Below, piece after piece: positions 46,720 through 55,942 of a stretch of DNA of 64,000 nucleotides. The stretch spans positions 20,625 to 84,624 of the forward strand of contig DASWNF010000009.1 in NCBI GenBank assembly GCA_036399335.1, given 5' to 3'. A program made the position numbers and the translations under genes. A model generated the notes under the pieces. The model was not told the DNA's origin. It saw nothing but the letters and a program-made list of their open reading frames with translations, and did no database searches. This DNA comes from Minisyncoccota bacterium. GTDB taxonomy: Bacteria; Patescibacteriota; Minisyncoccia; Phycocordibacterales; Phycocordibacteraceae. Each line of letters opens with the position of its first letter. Position 1 is the stretch's first letter.

Positions 46720-47847
46720 TTACGAGAGGTTCAAATCGACCTCTTCCACTTCGTCGCGCGCCCCCTCCGCCCGGATTTGGTCACTTATGATCTTGGGGAA
46801 GGTAACCGATATCGTTGTACCGCGGTTGAGGACGCTTCGGACGAATATTTTGCCGTGATGCGCCCGGACGATCTCATTGACGATTGCGAGCCCGAGACCC
46901 GAAGTACCGCCGTTTACGCCGCGTGCGCGCGAAGTGTCCGCCCGGTAGAACGGCTGGAATATATAGGACAGGTCTTCCTTGGCAATGCCGATGCCCGTGT
47001 CTGAAACCGAGACCGTTACCTTGTCACCTTCGCTGCGTACCAAAACCCTCACTTCACCGCCCGAATGTTGGGGCGTATAGTTTAGGGCGTTTTTAACAAG
47101 GTTCGTCAGTACTTGCTCGATGCCTGTCGAGTTGCCGAGGATGAGGTGCTCGTCGCGCGAATCAACTGAGAGCGCGATGCCGCGGGACTCGGCAAGAGGC
47201 CGGTGGCGCTCCGTAACGGCTTCGGCAACGATGCCGAGGTCGAGCTCGATGAGGGAAACCTTGCTCGGACGGATCATCGTCTCGAAAGACAGGAGGTTAT
47301 TAATCGTTTCCGAAATACGGTCCAGTTCCGTGCTCGTCGTCTCGAGGACGTCGCGTACGTCAGCGTTAATCTTGGGGTCCATGAGCGCTACTTCCGTGTT
47401 GGTCTTGATGATGGCAAGGGGCGTACGGAGTTCGTGTGCCATGTTACCGATAAAGCGTTTCTGGAACTGGAGTGAGTCCCGGGTAGGCCGGAGCGCGAAG
47501 CGCGCCATAAGGTAGCCAAAGAAGACGGTAAGCAGTACGAGGCCTGTAAGCGCGAACCTAAGGGTCTCGAGCCGCACGGCGCGAAGGGACTCCCCAAGCG
47601 GGGTTACGGCTCCCGTACTCCCCGTAAGGAGGGCATCGACATACGTGCCGACTGCGGTAATCGTACTTTCTTGCTGGAACCTAAGGGCAACGCCGAATAC
47701 GAGGACGAGGATAATCGTCAGGAGTACCTGGAGCAGGATTATGTTGACCGTGCTCCGTACGTACGGGTTATGCCGGTACCTATCCGTTAAGTCGGTAGCC
47801 GATACCGCGGATAGTTTCGAAGAGAGGATCGGAATCTTCATAGTCAT
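46720..47847 (-). CDS. two-component sensor histidine kinase
   Basis: 2 TM helices, HisKA (MAHELRTPL) and HATPase_c (N/G1/F/G2 boxes). Its ORF start overlaps the end of the RR gene by 68 bp, so the true start is probably internal. Confidence 0.85.
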   Translation of the reverse strand: MTMKIPILSSKLSAVSATDLTDRYRHNPYVRSTVNIILLQVLLTIILVLVFGVALRFQQESTITAVGTYVDALLTGSTGAVTPLGESLRAVRLETLRFALTGLVLLTVFFGYLMARFALRPTRDSLQFQKRFIGNMAHELRTPLAIIKTNTEVALMDPKINADVRDVLETTSTELDRISETINNLLSFETMIRPSKVSLIELDLGIVAEAVTERHRPLAESRGIALSVDSRDEHLILGNSTGIEQVLTNLVKNALNYTPQHSGGEVRVLVRSEGDKVTVSVSDTGIGIAKEDLSYIFQPFYRADTSRARGVNGGTSGLGLAIVNEIVRAHHGKIFVRSVLNRGTTISVTFPKIISDQIRAEGARDEVEEVDLNLS

Positions 47848-48457
47848 CTAGCTTTTTACGAAGGTTCTTCATGTGTACGTCGAGCACGTTACTGAAGGCA
47901 GGGAAGTCGAAGCTCCACACGTGGTCCAGGACCGTTTCGCGTTTTACGGCCTCGTTCGGATTGCGCATGAAGAACTCAAGGAGCGAGAACTCTTTAAGGG
48001 TAAGGGAAACCTCTTTGCCGCCCTTGGTAACCGTGTGCTTTCCGGGGTCGAGGGTAATGTCGCGGATAGCAAGCACGGACGGCAACGCGTGCTCCGGGCG
48101 GCGGAGGACCGCGTTAATGCGGGCCACAAGCTCGTCGAAGGAGAACGGCTTCGAAAGGTAGTCGTCAGCGCCGAGGTTAAGGAGGTCGACCTTGGTCTCG
48201 GTCTCGTCACGGGCCGTAAGGACGATGATAGGAGTTGAGACGCCCGCTTCGCGCACATCCTTGCAGATGGTGGCACCGTCGACGCCAGGGAGCATGAGAT
48301 CGAGCAGGATGACGTCGTACTCGTCGCGGTAGAGCATCATGCGGGTACGCGCCTTCTCGGCGTCAGCAAGCCAGTCCACGGTAAAGCCCTTGAGTTCAAG
48401 GCCTTTTTTCGTGGCTTCTGCCAGCTTCTCTTCGTCTTCTACGATTAGGATACGCAT
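47780..48457 (-). CDS. OmpR-family response regulator
   Basis: Receiver domain (DEEKLAE ... LDLMLPGVDG ... KP) plus a winged-helix DNA-binding domain. Confidence 0.9.
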   Translation of the reverse strand: MRILIVEDEEKLAEATKKGLELKGFTVDWLADAEKARTRMMLYRDEYDVILLDLMLPGVDGATICKDVREAGVSTPIIVLTARDETETKVDLLNLGADDYLSKPFSFDELVARINAVLRRPEHALPSVLAIRDITLDPGKHTVTKGGKEVSLTLKEFSLLEFFMRNPNEAVKRETVLDHVWSFDFPAFSNVLDVHMKNLRKKLDDYEDSDPLFETIRGIGYRLNG

Positions 48458-48553
48458 AGGATGATTATTTAAAGTACCTCTGCAGTATCAAGCATAGAGC
48501 ATGAACGCTTCATGAATTATCTTCATGAAGCGTATATTTATTATTATCTAGAA

Positions 48554-48940
48554 TTAGGTGCCTTTCTGCGCTTCAAGCTCAAGCGTCTTAATGCGAGCGG
48601 CGAGCGGGTCAAAGTGTTGGTGGAATGTCCCGACCTGCTTGTCGATGGCAATGGCGAAGTCGCCACGGGTAGTCTCAAATTCCTTCTGCACTGAGTCCCT
48701 GAAGGCGTTAATGTCCTGTCTGGTCGTCGAAAATTCTTCGGCTGTTGACCGCGCCAAACTATCAATTTCTTCACGTGTCAGCACAAACTCTGCAGTCATG
48801 GTTTTACGCAAATCCTCAATCGAGCCCTCTAGAGTCCCAACAGAACCCTTCAAATTCTCAATCGAACCCTTTAAGGTCTCACTTAGTTGGTCAATTTTCG
48901 CCTCAAGCGCCTTCATTGGGTCGAGTATATCATCCTGCAT
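48554..48940 (-). CDS. hypothetical coiled-coil protein, AT-richer
   Basis: Repetitive heptad-like sequence (LKGSIENLKGSVGTLEGSIEDL). Confidence 0.5.
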   Translation of the reverse strand: MQDDILDPMKALEAKIDQLSETLKGSIENLKGSVGTLEGSIEDLRKTMTAEFVLTREEIDSLARSTAEEFSTTRQDINAFRDSVQKEFETTRGDFAIAIDKQVGTFHQHFDPLAARIKTLELEAQKGT

Positions 48941-48951
48941 ATTTTTCGGAA

Positions 48952-49410
48952 TTATCGGGTAACACAATAAGGCTCGCTGTCTTCTATGGAGGCCTCGGCA
49001 GCAGCAGGGGCGCAAATAGTGAGGCGCCCAGATGCAGTGTCACGGACAATGGTATATCCGGTATCGTAATCCTCACCCGTAATCCCAACGGAGGGATCGA
49101 CAGGGAGCTCGGCGATGTAGAGGGGGACGAGGCAGGAGCGCAAGTCGAATTGTCGAGCCGCTATACGTACGGCATCAATAGGGATGTCTCCTGGACAGTC
49201 TCCTGTGCCAGCCAATAAGCCGCGATTCTCTGCCATACGCGTACTGAGAGCATTCAGGATTGCGTGTATGTTGCTTACGCGCTGAGTATTGCGCGCTTGT
49301 GCAAATTGGCGCGCAGGATTAATGGCAACGAGAACACTTGAAGCGAGTATGGCGATGAGGCCCATTACTATTAATATTTCAATCAGGGTAAATCCGTGGG
49401 TCTGGCGCAT
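48952..49410 (-). CDS. type IV pilin / pseudopilin (prepilin-type N-terminal cleavage/methylation domain)
   Basis: MRQTHG|FTLIEILIVMGLIAILA class III signal peptide with Glu at +5. Confidence 0.85.
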   Translation of the reverse strand: MRQTHGFTLIEILIVMGLIAILASSVLVAINPARQFAQARNTQRVSNIHAILNALSTRMAENRGLLAGTGDCPGDIPIDAVRIAARQFDLRSCLVPLYIAELPVDPSVGITGEDYDTGYTIVRDTASGRLTICAPAAAEASIEDSEPYCVTR

Positions 49411-49516
49411 ACCCTTAGTCTAGGTTCCGGTTAAGAAAAACAGGCGTAATTAGAGGTGCGCACAGGGCAGCTAGGGCAGGAATTATTTTAGGTATATTCC
49501 ATAGCGCACACATCCC

Positions 49517-49861
49517 TTACCGATGAATCCGTTCTGAATAAGTGGTATGACCAACCCGAGAAAAAGCGATGACTGACTCGCCGCTATCGTCAGGCAGGAC
49601 AAGGCAGGTAGATTCTTTGGATAGTCGCACCACATCTCCATCCGTATCCGGGTAGTAGGAAGAGTCTTGTACGATCAAGATGCGGACGGCCGCGCCGCAG
49701 GCACGGGCAGCATGTTTCGCTATAACCCTGTTTTCCAGGTCCGTGCTATTCATTCTCGAATAGAAGCTTGACTGGGTAGCCGTAATCGCGAACGAGGTGA
49801 GTGTGAGCGAAAGGAGGAATATGGTCACTAGGGCGATGTAAGCGCGGTGCGTATGAGTCAT
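49517..49861 (-). CDS. hypothetical protein with N-terminal TM in the pilus operon (possible atypical minor pilin)
   Basis: Lies between pilin genes on the same strand. Hydrophobic N-terminus without a canonical GFxxxE motif. Confidence 0.45.
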   Translation of the reverse strand: MTHTHRAYIALVTIFLLSLTLTSFAITATQSSFYSRMNSTDLENRVIAKHAARACGAAVRILIVQDSSYYPDTDGDVVRLSKESTCLVLPDDSGESVIAFSRVGHTTYSERIHR

Positions 49862-50325
49862 GACGCAGTAAGCACTAAAAGGCGCTTAACTTCTCGAACT
49901 ACGGGCTGCCCGCTTCTGGTTCGTGTAGATAGCCGTATCTCTAGATGCAGGTCTGCACCCCTCCTTTCAAAGGAAAGCACCTCTGTGGTTATATCTCCAT
50001 CGCTTACCAGAAGGACGCCGTGACTATCCTCTAATACGATATGGTCTTCTGTCACATAGATGCTGAAGACCCCTTCAGGCGTGCGGGCGCTAAGCCGGCG
50101 CCCATGTCCATTTGGACCTGGCTCTTCAATTGTTTGGGCCTGGCTGACTACGTACTCAACCTTCTGTACGACAAACTCCAGCTCATCTGTGAGCCGTGCA
50201 TCAGTCTCGACCCGCGCTGCACTATCGGTAACGGCGCGAAAGGCAGTCGCTATACCCGTCACGAGTACGGAGAAGAGCGCAATATAGAGAAGCAGTTCAA
50301 TCATCGTGAAGCCGCGCATATTCAA
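49858..50325 (-). CDS. prepilin-type N-terminal domain protein (minor pilin/pseudopilin)
   Basis: MNMRG|FTMIELLLYIALFSVL. Confidence 0.8.
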   Translation of the reverse strand: MNMRGFTMIELLLYIALFSVLVTGIATAFRAVTDSAARVETDARLTDELEFVVQKVEYVVSQAQTIEEPGPNGHGRRLSARTPEGVFSIYVTEDHIVLEDSHGVLLVSDGDITTEVLSFERRGADLHLEIRLSTRTRSGQPVVREVKRLLVLTAS

Positions 50326-51782
50326 GTACTTTCATACGCTTCAATGAACCCGCGACCGCCCTCGTCTGTTGAACCGATAAACAGGGTATTGCCGCGGCAC
50401 GAAAGCGCGGTTCCCGTACCGGCGAGATTAACCGGTACGGCTTGCTCGACATAGGATTCGTTTATTGGAGCAAGCGTAAGGAGACGTTTGCCGGATAATA
50501 CGAGGACAAGGCCTTGCCGCACGATGAGGCCGTTAACGCTTTCCGGCTGTAGCGACTTTCCCAGGTCTACGCTAGCAAGGGGAGTCGGTGCTTGCAGATT
50601 AGTAGTGTCGAGTACCCAAAACTCGGGTGCATTATTTACATACGTGCGGCCAAGGTACACTTGTCCGTCCCGCACAAATATACGATTACCAAGACCGAAA
50701 TTCTGAGATCCGGGTGCATCCCATGTCCCGACAATGCGCGGACGTGAGGGTTCGCGTATATCGACAATAATAAGTTCCCTTAAGGGATCGCTTGTGGCGA
50801 GATATGCGTGCCCGTTGGAAACGGCGATGCCGTGTACGCTCCTCCCAACACGCACCCCTCCGAGCCACGCTGGACTCGAAGGGTTCCGGACATCGATAAT
50901 ATTGAATTCCATTCCGTCTACCGTTTTCTCGAGACCTACGTATAGGATTTCCTCGGCGTAAAGCAAGCTTTTTCCGGGGGTGGTCAAACTCCCTGCGCTT
51001 ATAGCCCTCGCGCCGGTAGTCGTACCTAGCGCAAGGCTACCGACAAGCTCCCCCTGAGGTGAGAGTATGTGCACTTGGCTGCACGCATACGACATACACG
51101 TGGCAGGGCTTGCGCTGCCAAAGGCATTAGCCGCATATATGTAGCCCTGTCCAGCAACAACAGCGGCATACCCCGTCCTTGAGGTGGGAGCGTTGTCATG
51201 TGCCCTAAGTAGTTGCGGATGTTCGGGGAAGTTACCCAGGGAATAAAAAGACAGAGTGGCATCACCTGGTCCGAGTGTCGTTGAGAGTGACGTCACGAGG
51301 AGGTCTCTGCTAATTGCGATGCCCGAAATTGCATAAGAGCCTGCGCCTAAGGGGAATGAGGCTGCTTTCCTAAGCGCAGACCACGTACCGAAGAGAATTG
51401 GGCTGCAAGACTCAAACCTGGCAGCATCAGGGTTAGTGATGAGTGATGCTACTTGGACGCGTCTGTGTTCTCCGCGAGCATCGGTCCACCCGACATAGGC
51501 CTCGACAAAGGCCGCGAGCGGCGCATGAAGGGGCACCAGGCTGAGCTCCTGCTCAAAGCCGTCTTCCGTAGTTGTTGAGGTGTTGGCGAGTGAGGTGAAG
51601 TCTTTGTTTGCGCGGGTTTTGGCACGGTCGAGCAGGGTATCGGCGACCGCATAGGCGTGCCGCTCTAGACGCGCGTTCTCGAGCATTAAGGGTGCGCCGA
51701 GTACCAATAGTGACGCGGCAATAATCCCGGTCATCCCTACGGCGCAGGCAATAAGGAGCTCGATAATAGAGAAGGCGCGCAT
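50322..51782 (-). CDS. large pilin-like protein: prepilin-like N-terminus plus C-terminal LVIVD-repeat beta-propeller-like domain
   Basis: MRA|FSIIELLIA N-terminus. Repeated xLVIVD-like units (IIVDIREPSRPRIVG, FWVLDTTN, YIYAANAFG ...). Confidence 0.65.
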   Translation of the reverse strand: MRAFSIIELLIACAVGMTGIIAASLLVLGAPLMLENARLERHAYAVADTLLDRAKTRANKDFTSLANTSTTTEDGFEQELSLVPLHAPLAAFVEAYVGWTDARGEHRRVQVASLITNPDAARFESCSPILFGTWSALRKAASFPLGAGSYAISGIAISRDLLVTSLSTTLGPGDATLSFYSLGNFPEHPQLLRAHDNAPTSRTGYAAVVAGQGYIYAANAFGSASPATCMSYACSQVHILSPQGELVGSLALGTTTGARAISAGSLTTPGKSLLYAEEILYVGLEKTVDGMEFNIIDVRNPSSPAWLGGVRVGRSVHGIAVSNGHAYLATSDPLRELIIVDIREPSRPRIVGTWDAPGSQNFGLGNRIFVRDGQVYLGRTYVNNAPEFWVLDTTNLQAPTPLASVDLGKSLQPESVNGLIVRQGLVLVLSGKRLLTLAPINESYVEQAVPVNLAGTGTALSCRGNTLFIGSTDEGGRGFIEAYEST

Positions 51783-51783
51783 A

Positions 51784-52212
51784 TTAGTGGATGCTAATGC
51801 TGCCGATTCGGCTTACCGACAATATTCTTACTTTCCCCGGGCCGGTATCGATCCGCACGGCTACCGGCTGCTTCACATCCCCAGATTGTGGGAGGAAAGA
51901 GATTTCCGTTGGCTCAAGCTGCAAGTGACCGGAAAGCGGAATACGCTCGTACGTAACATCGGCATCAAGGAGCGCTATCTCATCCGAAGTAATGCGTACC
52001 GACTGTATTGTGCCGGCGTGGCACGCCGCTTCCCGGCATGACTCAGTCATCGCAAGGACACGGGCCCGCCGCAGGAAGAGCATTATTTGGTCAACTTCAG
52101 ATTGGGCCGCTACTCGACGGTACTCGCTGGCACCTGTCCATGCGGCACCTCCCAGTAAGACGGTCAGTATGCCCAGTACGCACATGAGTTCGATGAGAGT
52201 GAACGCGCGCAT
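51784..52212 (-). CDS. prepilin-type pseudopilin (GspH-like)
   Basis: MRA|FTLIELMCVLGILTVL from the internal Met. Confidence 0.75.
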   Translation of the reverse strand: MRAFTLIELMCVLGILTVLLGGAAWTGASEYRRVAAQSEVDQIMLFLRRARVLAMTESCREAACHAGTIQSVRITSDEIALLDADVTYERIPLSGHLQLEPTEISFLPQSGDVKQPVAVRIDTGPGKVRILSVSRIGSISIH

Positions 52213-52213
52213 G

Positions 52214-53302
52214 TTACGGGGAGTTGAGGGTATTCGTAATGCTGTATATGGGAGAAACAATGGCCATCGCCACGAAGCCGATAATTAGGCCCATAAACAC
52301 CATGAGGACTGGTTCGACCAAGTCGGTTAAAAGGTTTATGGTTTCAGCCAAGTCTTCCTCAAACAAGTCAGCCGCCGTCCCGAGCGTCTTACTTAAGGAT
52401 CCGCTTGCCTCACCGGCGGCAGCCAGCTCGACTAGTGACGGATGATAGAGCTCGGGATGGCTGCCTAGGGAGTGAGAGAAGCGATTGCCGTGTTCAATCT
52501 CTTTGCGGAGCGTCTCAAGGCTCTTTTGATATAGGTGATGCTCGATGCCCTCACGGACCAGTACAAGGGAGGGTATGAGCGGGGTACCGCTGCCAAGAAG
52601 TATTGAAAGGGTGCGTGAGATGTGGCCGCTGTAATAGGTACGGGATAAGTCCCGTACGAAGGGAAGCTGCAAGGTGAGTTTCTGTATCATGCGGCGTATG
52701 CGCGCTGTACGCAGGCCCAACCCAACGCCTGTCGTAAGCAGGAGTGCGGCCAGTAGTAGTGCCATTCCGTGAGAAGCGAACAGGCTCGAAACTACCATAA
52801 GTACTTTTGTAGATAATGGAAGCACCGTGCCAAAGCTGCGGAAGATGGGTACGATTTTAGGCAACGCGTAGAGCATGAGAAAAGTCAGCACGCCACCTGC
52901 GCCACATATGATAATTAAAGGGTACACACATGCCGTTCGAACCTTTCGAATAACCACACGCCTCTTCCTGAGAAGGGTTGCGGCCTGGGCCAAGTAGAGA
53001 GACAGGTTCCCACTTTGCTCGCCAAGCCGTATGAGGTGGATTTCAAAGACCGGAATACTGGGTATGGCGCGTGGAAGCGCTACGGAAAGTTGAACTCCTG
53101 ACCGAATTGACTCCTCTACGCGGGCGAGCAATGCACGACGCGTACCGTCTGCTGTACTCCCGAGTAACTGCAAGGATGCGTGGATTGGTATGCCTGATCG
53201 AAGGAAGAGTGAAAGCCGTTCGTAGAGAAGGATCCGGCCCATGACCGTCATGCGAAGGTCGGTGCGCCAGGACTGGACTGCCGTGACTAGTGAGCTAAGC
53301 AT
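52214..53302 (-). CDS. pilC: type IV pilus / type II secretion platform protein PilC/GspF family
   Basis: Two GspF repeats and 3 TM segments. Confidence 0.85.
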   Translation of the reverse strand: MLSSLVTAVQSWRTDLRMTVMGRILLYERLSLFLRSGIPIHASLQLLGSTADGTRRALLARVEESIRSGVQLSVALPRAIPSIPVFEIHLIRLGEQSGNLSLYLAQAATLLRKRRVVIRKVRTACVYPLIIICGAGGVLTFLMLYALPKIVPIFRSFGTVLPLSTKVLMVVSSLFASHGMALLLAALLLTTGVGLGLRTARIRRMIQKLTLQLPFVRDLSRTYYSGHISRTLSILLGSGTPLIPSLVLVREGIEHHLYQKSLETLRKEIEHGNRFSHSLGSHPELYHPSLVELAAAGEASGSLSKTLGTAADLFEEDLAETINLLTDLVEPVLMVFMGLIIGFVAMAIVSPIYSITNTLNSP

Positions 53303-54428
53303 GGCGGAGACAGGTAAGCTCTTCTATAGAAGTGTGACCTTGTGCAGCCTTTCCGTACCCGTCTTCGAGAAGGGAAGGAATACCGTTCGCACGGATGCGG
53401 GCAACGAGTGACGTACGGTCAGGTCTATGTAAAAACTCCTCGCGAAACTCCTGGGTAACCTCAAAAACCTCATAGAGTGCAATACGTCCTTTGAAGCCAC
53501 TGCCTCGGCAAGTGCGGCACTCATGCGAAGGAGGGCGCGCCGCATGTGCGCCACAAGCCCTGCATCGCTTACGCACCAAGCGTTGTGCTATGACGAGGGA
53601 AACGGTTGAGGCAATGACATACGGATCTACTCCCAGATCCTGAAGTCGGGGGAAGGCGCCTGCTACGTCGTTTGCATGCAGCGTCGTAAGTACGAGGTGT
53701 CCGGTCAGGGCAGCGTGCGCGGCAAGGCTGGCGGTCTCCTGGTCCCTGACCTCGCCGACCATAATGACATCTGGATCCTGGCGTAAGAGGCTTCTGAGTC
53801 CGACCGAGAAGGTGTACCCCGCTTGTTGGTTTACTTGTGTTTGTACCACTTCCGCAAGCTCGTACTCCACCGGCTCCTCAATACTAACCATGCTTTTTGT
53901 ACCGGTAGCCAAGAATCGCATACAGGCGTAGAGGGTAGTAGTCTTCCCGCTTCCCGTAGGGCCCGTCACGATAACCATGCCGTGCGCCTGTCCCAGGGTT
54001 CGCAAGACAGACTCCCTTTGTGCATTGGTGAGCGCAAGTGAATCCAGCGAAAAAGACTCAGCGACCAGGAACCGGAGTACTGCGTTCTCGCCATGTATGG
54101 CAGGAGCAATCGAAAGACGGATATCAATAGTGGAGTCGTCACAAATATACTTGAACTTTCCGTCCTGTGGCAGGAAGTGCTCGTCTATCCTTAGTCCAGC
54201 CAGGACTTTTAGTCTTGCGACAAGTTCGTCGTGTGCATCTTTGGGACATTCTTGCAGGGCTCGCACCTGCCCGTCTACGCGTATTCGTGCGATAACTTTA
54301 GTACTCGTGGGAGTAAGATGCAGGTCAGAAGCGCCCTCGGCGCACGCCTGGGTAATAAGCGAATCAAGTAGGTGGGGGCTAAGTACGCCAGACGAGCGTG
54401 AAGTTAATGGGGCGGTAATCTTTTCCAT
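53295..54428 (-). CDS. pilB: type IV pilus assembly ATPase PilB/GspE family (short form, C-terminal tetracysteine)
   Basis: Walker A GPTGSGKTTT, Asp box, Walker B, His box, CRAC ... CRTC tetracysteine. Confidence 0.88.
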   Translation of the reverse strand: MEKITAPLTSRSSGVLSPHLLDSLITQACAEGASDLHLTPTSTKVIARIRVDGQVRALQECPKDAHDELVARLKVLAGLRIDEHFLPQDGKFKYICDDSTIDIRLSIAPAIHGENAVLRFLVAESFSLDSLALTNAQRESVLRTLGQAHGMVIVTGPTGSGKTTTLYACMRFLATGTKSMVSIEEPVEYELAEVVQTQVNQQAGYTFSVGLRSLLRQDPDVIMVGEVRDQETASLAAHAALTGHLVLTTLHANDVAGAFPRLQDLGVDPYVIASTVSLVIAQRLVRKRCRACGAHAARPPSHECRTCRGSGFKGRIALYEVFEVTQEFREEFLHRPDRTSLVARIRANGIPSLLEDGYGKAAQGHTSIEELTCLRHA

Positions 54429-54555
54429 AGCTATCTATATAGGGTAAGGCGACGCAACAGAATGCGCTTGGATTTAAAGCTGCGTTTGCCAACATTAGGC
54501 TATCCTTGGCTTTAACTTCGCGTTAGGAATGCATAATGCGTGGTAGCATTCTCAT

Positions 54556-54948
54556 ATGACTGACAAACAACAACACATCCTGACGATCGCACTCGTGCTT
54601 GTAGCCGGGCTCTTGGGCGGGTACATGATTGGCGGGCATGCACACGGGAAGGGGGGCCATGGGCATGGTGACGAGAAGTCGCATATGGACGGCGGCCACA
54701 GCATGCGTGACCAGATGCACAGCATGACTGCCGGACTTGAGGGGAAAGAAGGTACGGAGTTTGATAAGGCCTTCCTCCACGACATGATTGATCACCACGA
54801 AGGGGCGGTCGATATGGCACAGCTCGCGCTCGTGCACGCAGAACGTCCTGAGATAAAGGCGCTTGCCCAGAAAATAATTGATTCGCAAGGTGCCGAATTG
54901 ACGCAGATGGAAACCTGGCACCACGACTGGTTCCACGCAGGGGAGTAA
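54556..54948 (+). CDS. DUF305-domain protein with His-rich N-terminal segment (metal-binding candidate)
   Basis: HAHGKGGHGHGDEKSHMDGGH, then FDKAFLHDMIDHHEGAVDMA and a second conserved helix pair. Confidence 0.65.
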   Translation: MTDKQQHILTIALVLVAGLLGGYMIGGHAHGKGGHGHGDEKSHMDGGHSMRDQMHSMTAGLEGKEGTEFDKAFLHDMIDHHEGAVDMAQLALVHAERPEIKALAQKIIDSQGAELTQMETWHHDWFHAGE

Positions 54949-55076
54949 GGAGTGTGAGTAAGCAAAACGCCGTCCTTATAGGGCGGCGTTTTGCTTACGG
55001 ACGAGCTTCATAATTCCTTAACTCATCAGGTGCTTAAATGCGGCCTGGATCGCTTATAACTAATGACCCTCTGAAC

Positions 55077-55325
55077 ATGAGCATTATCTTGTGGATTGTT
55101 TTCGGTGCTATCGTCGGTTGGCTCGCGTCTATCATTATGAAGACGAACGGCCAGCAAAACCTCCTTCTGGACATCATTGTCGGTATCGTAGGTGCCCTCC
55201 TCGGCGGTTGGATCATGACGATGCTCGGCCAGGAGAGCGCGTCCGGCTTCAACCTTTACAGCTTTGTGGTTGCCCTCATCGGCGCAATCGTGCTGCTCGC
55301 AATCGTGAAGGCCGTCCGCCGCTAA
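55077..55325 (+). CDS. GlsB/YeaQ/YmgE family stress-response membrane protein
   Basis: IVFGAIVGWLAS ... IIVGIVGALLGGWI twin-helix signature. Confidence 0.8.
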   Translation: MSIILWIVFGAIVGWLASIIMKTNGQQNLLLDIIVGIVGALLGGWIMTMLGQESASGFNLYSFVVALIGAIVLLAIVKAVRR

Positions 55326-55388
55326 TATCCGAAAGCCCTTTTGAAAGGCCGCCTCATGAGGCGGCCTTTCTGGTACACTAATGGACAT

Positions 55389-55940
55389 ATGGCATACGAC
55401 TTTTCCAAATTAAAGACCCAGATTAAGGAGACGGAGGAATGGCTGCAGCGCGAGCTCGCCGGCGTCCGGACCGGGCGTGCTACTCCAGCACTCCTCGACT
55501 CCATCAAGGCCGAAGCATACGGCGCCCGCACACCAGTTACCGGTCTTGCGTCGCTTACCGTCGAGGACGCGCGTACGATACGCGTCGTACCGTGGGACAA
55601 GACGGTCTCAAAGGCCATCGAAAAGGCGATTAATGACGCTGACCTCGGCGTGTCGGTTGCCGTCGATGACACGGGCCTCCGCGTCATCTTCCCTGAGCTT
55701 ACGGCTGACCGCCGCACGATGCTCTCAAAGCTTGCCGGCGAGCGCCTTGAGCAGGCGCGCGTTACGCTGCGCGGCCACCGCGCCGAAGCGCTCAAGGATC
55801 TTGAGGCCGCAGAGAAAGAAGGCGGTATGGGACAGGACGATTTGAAGCGCCTTAAGGAAGAAGCACAGAAGTACGTCGCCGGCTGCATGGACACACTTGA
55901 GGCGCTTGCGAAGAAGAAACAGGAAGACATCGCCCAGTAA
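55389..55940 (+). CDS. frr: ribosome recycling factor
   Basis: Full-length RRF similarity (LRGHRAEALKDL ... KEEAQKYVAGCMDTLE). Confidence 0.92.
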   Translation: MAYDFSKLKTQIKETEEWLQRELAGVRTGRATPALLDSIKAEAYGARTPVTGLASLTVEDARTIRVVPWDKTVSKAIEKAINDADLGVSVAVDDTGLRVIFPELTADRRTMLSKLAGERLEQARVTLRGHRAEALKDLEAAEKEGGMGQDDLKRLKEEAQKYVAGCMDTLEALAKKKQEDIAQ

Positions 55941-55942
55941 GC

